Positions 8,480-15,470 of a stretch of 64,000 bases of DNA are shown one piece after another (within the stretch, counting starts at the first letter, position 1; the number at the start of each line of letters is the position of its first letter). A model generated the notes under the pieces. It saw only the letters and a list, made by a program, of their open reading frames with translations. It did not search any database and was not told the origin of the DNA. The stretch is from NCBI GenBank assembly GCA_051532055.1, contig JAOPTX010000038.1, positions 21,471 to 85,470 on the forward strand, written 5' to 3'. The position numbers were made by a program, and so were the translations under genes. The stretch is from Fibrobacterales bacterium. Lineage in GTDB: Bacteria > Fibrobacterota > Fibrobacteria > Fibrobacterales > JAOPTW01.

Positions 8480-10132
8480 ATGAAATTAGGATATTTAAAT
8501 TTAATTCTTTGTACACTTATTGCTTTCGGATGTAGCGTACCAGAACGTATTGTAAATGGAGGGGTTAGTTCGAACTCTATTAATACTGGGGTATCTTCAG
8601 TAGTGTCTTCTGTAAGCTCAAACGAAGGAATGAGCAGCGTAGCTCCTAATGGAGACGATTCATTAAAAGTTGACAGTAACAACGTTGACTCTCTTGCGCC
8701 TCCAACGTTACAGCAATCATCATCGTCAGAGGTTGCGAAAGATTTAAGTTCGGATACAATAAACGTTGATTCTATACCTGTCGGAAATAAGTATAAACCT
8801 GAGTTTAAGCACGAACCTTTAGCGAGTGATACTGTTTACGTGAGCACGATAGAAGATGTTCCTGAAAAGATAAATGTACTTGTCTCGGATAAAGATAACT
8901 CAACTACACTTGTGCTTTCAATATTGGATAGCGGACACCTAGGAATAATGGAAGTACTCGATAGTAATACGCTTAATTATACTCCACATCCTAACGCGAA
9001 TGGCGTAGACCTCTTTTTAGTCGCTGTTACTGATGGGTTATATAGTGATTCGATATATTTTAAAATTGATATTGAAGCTAGAACTGACGCACCATTAGTA
9101 AAAGGGAGCCCCAAGATTAAAGGTGTTGTGAGGCCTGGATCTACACTGAGCCTTGAGGGAGAGAGAGAGTGTATTAGTCTAGATGGGACTAATCCTGGAT
9201 TACAAATTAAATGGAAACGAACAAGTGATGCTGATGAAGCAATTCTTACTGATGTTGGTGGTTCAGAGACATATACCATCAAAAAAGAAGATGTAGGATA
9301 CTTTTTTTATGTGACGTTACGATGTCATGGTGAGGGAGAGCTTTCTTCTGCTCTTGGGTTTTCTGATTCTACAGAAATTGTACAAGCGGGGATTACTATT
9401 GAAAATGATTCTTTGCAGTTGCCCGATTCCCTTTCATTGGGGTATACAGTCGATACGTTACGAGCGACTGGAGCATATCAGAATACAGTAAATTATAGTG
9501 TTGTGGGAGGGGATAGTTTAGGCATTTTCGCTATAACTGATTCTATACTTACAATTGCAGATGAGCTGTTGTTTTATGCGGACAATAGCCAGCTTTCAGA
9601 AGGGAAAATTCTACTTAAGATTGCAGCAACTGATAAGTTTATTTCTGATACTATGACCTATACTGTAGATATCGAAAAAGTATTATATGAAAATGTATTG
9701 TGTGGATTTGGCTATGATCATAAAAAATTACTTGATATCGAATTTATTCAGTTTGACTCAATTGATCCTTTTAATCCTATTCTCACACTGCAGAAAATTT
9801 CAGTTGCTCAGCCTCAAGAACCTCTCTATTTTATAGAACGAATTGGTGATGAAATTGGATATGTCACAATGGGATTTCCTAATATACTCGATGTAAAAAC
9901 TGTTACACTCACTGGCTCCCGCACTAAAGGGGGTGATGTTAGTTATATTGGATTAAAAAGTGGTGGAAAATGGTACTATCAGCCTTATTTAATTCAAGAT
10001 TATGTGATAAGTGATGTGGATATTTCCATCGAAGACTTTGGTTTGTCTGAAGTGAAGATTGATTCGTTGGGTATTAAAATAGTTCCGGGTGTTGGTGTCT
10101 TAATGGATAGCATTGGCTACTCTAATCATTAG
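8480..10132 (+). CDS. Surface lipoprotein with Ser-rich linker and cadherin/Ig-like domains
   Basis: Lipobox 'IAFGC'; GGGGGG RBS; 'NYTPHPNANGVDLF...VTDGLYSD'; cadherin-like 'YSVVGGDSLGIFAI'. Confidence 0.8.
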   Translation: MKLGYLNLILCTLIAFGCSVPERIVNGGVSSNSINTGVSSVVSSVSSNEGMSSVAPNGDDSLKVDSNNVDSLAPPTLQQSSSSEVAKDLSSDTINVDSIPVGNKYKPEFKHEPLASDTVYVSTIEDVPEKINVLVSDKDNSTTLVLSILDSGHLGIMEVLDSNTLNYTPHPNANGVDLFLVAVTDGLYSDSIYFKIDIEARTDAPLVKGSPKIKGVVRPGSTLSLEGERECISLDGTNPGLQIKWKRTSDADEAILTDVGGSETYTIKKEDVGYFFYVTLRCHGEGELSSALGFSDSTEIVQAGITIENDSLQLPDSLSLGYTVDTLRATGAYQNTVNYSVVGGDSLGIFAITDSILTIADELLFYADNSQLSEGKILLKIAATDKFISDTMTYTVDIEKVLYENVLCGFGYDHKKLLDIEFIQFDSIDPFNPILTLQKISVAQPQEPLYFIERIGDEIGYVTMGFPNILDVKTVTLTGSRTKGGDVSYIGLKSGGKWYYQPYLIQDYVISDVDISIEDFGLSEVKIDSLGIKIVPGVGVLMDSIGYSNH

Positions 10133-10147
10133 AGGGTTTGAATAGTT

Positions 10148-11026
10148 GTGGTTACTAAAGAGATAGAATCGATTTTAGACAGGGTTGAAGGGGCTTGGCT
10201 TGAAAGGCTCTGGCTCTATTGTAAAGAGCAGTTTTCTTCTGTCTCTATGCCTTCTCATGATCAAATTCATCATCTTCGTGTATGGCAGCGCGCCAAAGAG
10301 CTTGTTACAGAGCTAACTTTGGATGGTAAGGTGTTTACCAGGCAAGAGATAACAAATCTTATCATTGCTATTTTTTTTCACGATGTGGGTCTGACCAAAA
10401 CCTATGCAAAGCAGCATGGGGTTGTAAGCCGCAAAATGTGTGTGGATTATTTTCAAGAGTCTCATGAAATTGAGGGTGATGATTTTGCTATTATCCTGGA
10501 TGCGGTTGAACATCATGATGATAAAGAATATAAGAATATGGTGTACTCAAGTACTTCTCAAAAGGCTATCGCTTCAATACTTTGTACATGTGATGACCTT
10601 GATGCGTTTGGTGCAATAGGGGTGTTTAGATATATCGAAATATATCTTCTCCGGGGTATTGGGGTAGAAGATTTGGCGTCAATGGTTTTAAAGAATTTAG
10701 ACACACGTTTTGAGAACTTCAAAAAGCTCTATAAGCACATCAGTCGTTTTTTTGATGAAGAGTTGAGTAGGTTTAACTACACGGTCCATTGGTTTAGACA
10801 ACTCGAGAAAGAACTTAAGGAGGGATATAGTAAATCGATTGAGGGTGGTGCTATAGGAGTTCTTAATGTATTGATGTCTCAGGTAATAGAAGGTGATCAA
10901 ACAACGGGAACAATATGTGCGCATGTAAATTCCACATGTAAGGACCCTTTTGTACATTCGTTCTTTGCTCACTTTAATATTGAAATGAAAAAAGCAGCAC
11001 ACAGAGATTCACTTTACAGAGATTAA
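10148..11026 (+). CDS. HD-domain metal-dependent phosphohydrolase
   Basis: 'SHDQIHHLRVW', 'FHDVG', 'EHH', 'DDLDAFGAIG' motifs. Confidence 0.8.
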   Translation: MVTKEIESILDRVEGAWLERLWLYCKEQFSSVSMPSHDQIHHLRVWQRAKELVTELTLDGKVFTRQEITNLIIAIFFHDVGLTKTYAKQHGVVSRKMCVDYFQESHEIEGDDFAIILDAVEHHDDKEYKNMVYSSTSQKAIASILCTCDDLDAFGAIGVFRYIEIYLLRGIGVEDLASMVLKNLDTRFENFKKLYKHISRFFDEELSRFNYTVHWFRQLEKELKEGYSKSIEGGAIGVLNVLMSQVIEGDQTTGTICAHVNSTCKDPFVHSFFAHFNIEMKKAAHRDSLYRD

Positions 11027-11046
11027 TGTAAATATTGCGTAAAATA

Positions 11047-11079
11047 GCCCGTTCCTTTTTAAGGTACGGGCAGTTTTTT
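11047..11079 (+). terminator. Rho-independent terminator after the HD gene
   Basis: GCCCGTTCCTT/AAGGTACGGGC stem (one mismatch) followed by a T6 run. Confidence 0.65.
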
Positions 11080-11150
11080 GTCCAAATTTTGAGTGGTATG
11101 TTTAACAAAATTTCTATTACTTAAAGTAATATTTGAGCGTTTAATTATTG

Positions 11151-11179
11151 TTGCGAAGAGTATACATTGGGAGTATATT
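11151..11179 (+). promoter_or_regulatory. Sigma70-like promoter
   Basis: TTGCGA-N17-TATATT. Confidence 0.55.
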
Positions 11180-11185
11180 ACTATT

Positions 11186-11264
11186 AGAAACTATATGTTT
11201 CTTATATATCTCAATCCCCCAGATTAGAAACAGCTCTACTTCGAAAAAGTAGAGCTGTTTTTTT
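11186..11264 (+). ncRNA. Candidate ~80-nt small regulatory RNA
   Basis: Own promoter, 5' hairpin AGAAAC-TATAT-GTTTCT, C-rich linker, perfect terminator AAACAGCTCTACTT/AAGTAGAGCTGTTT with T7; no substantial ORF. Confidence 0.5.
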
Positions 11265-11298
11265 GTCGATTTTAAAGTAGATCTTTTAGAGACTTAGA

Positions 11299-11718
11299 CT
11301 ATTTGAATGCAAGTACGGCTAATACAAGAATAGTTACAATGAAAATTGTCATAATTCGGTTTACTTTACGAATAGCGTATAGAGCAGGGCCCCCATTTTC
11401 TTTCTTTGCTTTCTTTAGAAAGCGCATCATTAATGAGATGAGGACTAATAAAACAATATAAACAACAATTTTCGCCATAAAGAAATGGTTGAGATGTAGG
11501 GTAGAGCCGATAGGAGCAGAGAGAGCGAGTCCTGTCACGAGGAGTAGCACCATTCCTGATTGTCCAAGTATCGAAAGCTTGAGATACTTCATCATAAATG
11601 CTTCACGTTCTTCTTTCTCCATTTTTGCAGCAATACTTCCAAGAAACCCAAGAGTTATATTGGTGCCAAGACCGAGTGCGAGCCCGATAAAGTGGAGGAT
11701 TAATAGTGGTTCTCTCAT
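11299..11718 (-). CDS. Four-TM integral membrane protein of unknown function (DUF2269/CopD-like topology)
   Basis: Four hydrophobic segments; AAGGA RBS. Confidence 0.7.
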   Translation of the reverse strand: MREPLLILHFIGLALGLGTNITLGFLGSIAAKMEKEEREAFMMKYLKLSILGQSGMVLLLVTGLALSAPIGSTLHLNHFFMAKIVVYIVLLVLISLMMRFLKKAKKENGGPALYAIRKVNRIMTIFIVTILVLAVLAFK

Positions 11719-11833
11719 AGTATGTCCTTTCTTTAATTAAATACTCTGATTCTAGAAAAATAGTATTTCTTTACTGGAGGTAACAGTCTCAGTATAATCT
11801 TGTAGCAGTAAAAACAGCTTTGAAATAGAGGGA

Positions 11834-12985
11834 TTAAATTCTATTGGCGTAGTGATTATAGGTAAAGCGAGTGTGCTCAATAAATGAGCCGTCTTGTTGA
11901 ATGGTTCCAATGGAGGGATGTTTAACTCCATTAAAATGGTTGGTTTTAACCATAGTGTAGTGGATCATATCTTTAAAAATAATAGTGTCATTAGGCTTTA
12001 GTGGTGTTGCAAAGCGATAAAAACCAAGGTAATCACCAGCCATACAGGTAGTGCCACCTAAGCGGAAGATGGGCTCTATCGAAGTGGTATCTGGTGGCGT
12101 CGTCCCAATAAACTCTGCACCTTCGATATCTGGAAAATAAGGCATTTCGAGACAGTCGGGCATATGTGCAGCAAAAGAGGCGTCAATCATTGCCGTTTTA
12201 AAGCGGTTATCAATTATGTCGAGAACCGTTGTCTTGAGGTATCCTGTATTGAGGCCAATAGCTTCACCTGGTTCGAGGATAACTTGAATATTGTATTGAG
12301 TACGGATACGCTTAATAATTGCAATTAAGCGGCTCTGATCATAACCTTTTCGTGTAATATGGTGTCCGCCTCCCATGTTGAGCCATTTCATGGAGTGTAA
12401 AAGTGAGCCGAATTTGTTTTCAAACTGCTCAAATACTCTCTCTAATGTATCTGATCCTTGTTCGCAGAGAGCATGAAAATGGAGACCTTCAATTCCAGTT
12501 AAGTCTGTGTTTTTTAGATTATCTATGGTGATGCCAAACCGGGACCCTATGACGCATGGATTATAAATGTCGTGCTCAACTTCGGAGTATTCAGGATTGA
12601 GACGGAGGCCACAAGATATGGTATTTTGAGCACACATGTTTTTATAGCGCCCCCATTCTGTAAGAGAGTTAAAAGTGATATGTGAAGAAAGTGAGATGAT
12701 TTTTTCAATCTCATCAGGTTGATAGGCGGGAGCATAGGCGTGGATCTCGCCACCAAAATACTCTGCAGCAAGTTGAGCTTCGTGGAGTGAGCTTGCAGTG
12801 GTACCAGGTAAATAGTTTCGAATAAGGGGGAACGACTCTTTAAAGGCATAACCTTTGAGGGCAACAATAATTTTTCCACCTGATTGTATTTGGATATTAT
12901 GAAGAGTCTCAATGTTTTTTTTAAGGAGTGCTTCATCTAAAATAAAACAAGGTGAGGGGATGTGTTGGAGAAGGGTACTATTCAT
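11834..12985 (-). CDS. nspC: Carboxynorspermidine/carboxyspermidine decarboxylase
   Basis: 'PSPCFILDE', 'ALKGY', 'TASSLHEA', 'GLHFHALCEQ', 'NMGGGHHITR', 'HMPDCLEMPY', 'HYTMVKTNHFNG'. Start placed at MNSTLL (12985). Confidence 0.93.
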   Translation of the reverse strand: MNSTLLQHIPSPCFILDEALLKKNIETLHNIQIQSGGKIIVALKGYAFKESFPLIRNYLPGTTASSLHEAQLAAEYFGGEIHAYAPAYQPDEIEKIISLSSHITFNSLTEWGRYKNMCAQNTISCGLRLNPEYSEVEHDIYNPCVIGSRFGITIDNLKNTDLTGIEGLHFHALCEQGSDTLERVFEQFENKFGSLLHSMKWLNMGGGHHITRKGYDQSRLIAIIKRIRTQYNIQVILEPGEAIGLNTGYLKTTVLDIIDNRFKTAMIDASFAAHMPDCLEMPYFPDIEGAEFIGTTPPDTTSIEPIFRLGGTTCMAGDYLGFYRFATPLKPNDTIIFKDMIHYTMVKTNHFNGVKHPSIGTIQQDGSFIEHTRFTYNHYANRI

Positions 12986-13070
12986 TGAGAGCTCTTTCAA
13001 AGGATACTGGTATTGTCGCGCAATCAAAAGAGGAATTTTGCTTCTGATTGTATAATGTTGGGAGGGTGTA

Positions 13071-14261
13071 TTAAAAAATTGCCCCTTGTTCCTTCCAAGG
13101 AAGGCCGTAGAAATTGAGATCATCCATGAATGGATCGGGATCAAACTCTTCGACATTAAATACACCGGCGCCTGACCATACACCAGTGAGGAGCATTTTT
13201 GCTCCAATCATTGCGGGTACTCCTGTTGTATAACCAACAGCTTGTGCTTTTACCTCTGTGTAGCAGGCTGCGTGGTCGCAATTATTGTATACAAAGTAAT
13301 CCATCGCTTTACCATTTTTAACACCCTTTACTTGTACGCCAATACAGGTGAGGCCGGTGTAGTTTTCACCGAGAGATGACGGTTCCGGAAGTACCGCTTT
13401 TAAAAACTGGAGTGGTACAATCTTTTGTCCGTTATATTCAATTGCATCGATACGTGTCATACCTACATTTTGAAGGACACGGAGGTGGGTGATGTACTCT
13501 TGACCAAAAGTCATCCAGAAGCGAATACGTTTAATGTCAGGGAAGTTTTTTACTAATGACTCGAGTTCTTCGTGAAAGAGGAGGTAGCTTTCGCGCTCTC
13601 CGATTCCTGGGTAAGTGATAGGCTGATGGATTTCCATAGGCTTTGTCACTTTCCAATCGCCATCAAAATATTTGCCATTTTGGGTGATTTCACGGATGTT
13701 GATCTCTGGATTAAAATTCGTTGCAAATGCTTTACCATGATCACCGCCGTTGCAGTCAACAATATCTATGTAGTGCATTTCATCAAAGTAGTGTTTTTTT
13801 GCATAGGCAGTATAGACTCCCGTTACACCGGGATCAAATCCACAACCAAGCAGTGCGGTGAGTCCTTTTTCTTTAAACTTATCTTGATAGGCCCATTGCC
13901 ATGAGTATTCGAATTTTGCTTCGTCAATTGGCTCATAATTTGCCGTATCGAGGTAATGAATATTACACTCGAGGCAGGCATCCATTATTGTTAGGTCCTG
14001 ATAGGGGAGTGCTACATTGATGCAAAGTTTGGGCTGGTATTTTTTAAAAAGAGCGACGAGCTCTGGTACATTGTCTGCATCGACCTGAGCAGTTGTAACG
14101 TCAATATTTAAAGTATTTTTGACATCAGCAGCAATGGCGTTGCATTTTGACTCTGTTCGACTTGCAAGAATGATATTGGTAAATACATCAGACACTTGAG
14201 CACATTTATGTGTGACGACGTTTCCAACACCACCTGCTCCGATAATTACAACAGTACTCAT
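13071..14261 (-). CDS. Carboxynorspermidine dehydrogenase (saccharopine dehydrogenase family)
   Basis: 'IIGAGGVG', 'INVALPYQDL', 'HYLDTANYEP', 'GFDPGVT', 'FATNFNPEINIRE'; adjacent to nspC; GAGG RBS before ATG 14261. Confidence 0.92.
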   Translation of the reverse strand: MSTVVIIGAGGVGNVVTHKCAQVSDVFTNIILASRTESKCNAIAADVKNTLNIDVTTAQVDADNVPELVALFKKYQPKLCINVALPYQDLTIMDACLECNIHYLDTANYEPIDEAKFEYSWQWAYQDKFKEKGLTALLGCGFDPGVTGVYTAYAKKHYFDEMHYIDIVDCNGGDHGKAFATNFNPEINIREITQNGKYFDGDWKVTKPMEIHQPITYPGIGERESYLLFHEELESLVKNFPDIKRIRFWMTFGQEYITHLRVLQNVGMTRIDAIEYNGQKIVPLQFLKAVLPEPSSLGENYTGLTCIGVQVKGVKNGKAMDYFVYNNCDHAACYTEVKAQAVGYTTGVPAMIGAKMLLTGVWSGAGVFNVEEFDPDPFMDDLNFYGLPWKEQGAIF

Positions 14262-14320
14262 GAAAACCTCAATGGAAAAAATAGTAGCATAAAGATAAAA
14301 ATTTGAATGAGTATACAAAC

Positions 14321-14348
14321 AAAAAAAGCTGCATTTAAGCAGCTTTTT
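14321..14348. terminator. Bidirectional terminator-like hairpin upstream of the polyamine operon
   Basis: AAAAAGCTGC-ATTTAA-GCAGCTTTTT; T7 tail on the minus strand. Confidence 0.65.
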
Positions 14349-14702
14349 CGTACCCGACCTTTAGATTTCGGAAGACGTTAATATAAGAAGTGGTCAATCA
14401 AATAAGCGGTAGTTTCTCAATCACTCTGAAATGAATATATCCATTTTAATCAAAGTTGTCTGTGATGGTTGTCACATTGCTGTGTAAATTAAAATTTTAC
14501 GAAACGTAGTGCCATTTCAAAGTAATCCAAAAAATATTAAGGATAATGCCAATTAAATCTGAACCCTATACCTTTTAGATATGTAGTTCAGTGTAACAAA
14601 ATGTATCAATTGTGCAAAAAAAAGTATCAAAGCTTAAATTTTGGTGACACAAAGTAATGGTATATGTGTCTAAGAGATGTAATACAAGGACTGGAGGACA
14701 AA

Positions 14703-14813
14703 ATGGCTAAAATAATTAAGCATTCAGTAACGAACTTTGTGGATGTACTCAGGAAAACTGTTTTTGGTAGCGCAAAATTTGGGAAAACTTGTTTTCATAT
14801 ACTCGTTGGTTAA
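14703..14813 (+). CDS. Unannotated 36-aa small protein MAKIIKHSVTNFVDVLRKTVFGSAKFGKTCFHILVG
   Basis: Strong RBS GGAGG-acaaa-ATG; open for 36 codons to TAA 14811-14813. Confidence 0.55.
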   Translation: MAKIIKHSVTNFVDVLRKTVFGSAKFGKTCFHILVG

Positions 14814-14889
14814 TAGGATCATAAGAGCTTGCTTTTAAAAGAGTTAAAGTGAGTAAAAGTATTTATATAAAGTAAAATCATTACTAATT

Positions 14890-14906
14890 TATATCTGTTA
14901 GATATA
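14890..14906. promoter_or_regulatory. Palindromic operator, probable PadR autoregulatory site
   Basis: TATATCT-gtt-AGATATA, 12 nt before the padR start. Confidence 0.6.
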
Positions 14907-14918
14907 TAAGGGCTAGTT

Positions 14919-15470
14919 GTGGCGAAAGAGAGTCGAACAAAATATGTCATATTGGGTCTACTGGCGAATGGAGCTGAGACAGGATATGATATTAAATGCA
15001 CCATAGAAAAAAGTATTAGCTTTTTTTGGAGCGAAAGCTATGGGCAAATTTATCCGGCTCTAAAAAAACTTCAAGAAATACATTGGGTTAAAGAAGCTCA
15101 AGGTGAATCAATAAGTAAGCGTGATAAAAAGACGTATACAATTACTCCAGAGGGATTGGCTGCTCTAGATAACTGGATTGTTTCGAAAACAGAAATGCCA
15201 AGCCATCGTGAAGAAGTGTTGTTAAAGCTTTTCCTTTGCTCACGCTCAGGTAGTGATGCCGCTGAAAAAATTCTACGTGAACACCAAGATCAGTTTGTAG
15301 AAAAACGAGAAGAACTTCTGTCGATTGAGAAGATGCTTATGGAGATGGATCATCCCTCAAAAGAGTTATGGCTTGCGACACTGCGTTTTGGTTTGACGAG
15401 CTGTGAACAAAGAGTGAAGTGGAGTCAAGACACGATAATACAATTGAGAAAGGCGAATATTATAAAATGA
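14919..15470 (+). CDS. PadR-family regulator (AphA-like subfamily with C-terminal helical domain)
   Basis: 'ILGLL...TGYDIK...FFWSESYGQIYPALKKL...KKTYTITPEG...LLKLF'. Confidence 0.92.
   Translation: MAKESRTKYVILGLLANGAETGYDIKCTIEKSISFFWSESYGQIYPALKKLQEIHWVKEAQGESISKRDKKTYTITPEGLAALDNWIVSKTEMPSHREEVLLKLFLCSRSGSDAAEKILREHQDQFVEKREELLSIEKMLMEMDHPSKELWLATLRFGLTSCEQRVKWSQDTIIQLRKANIIK

Noticed and set aside
12986..13207. N-terminal extension of the nspC ORF in the track
   Set aside because: It overlaps the dehydrogenase gene; family similarity starts at MNSTLL (12985). Track starts for tilS, the receptor, pal, ispF and ftsB were trimmed for similar reasons.
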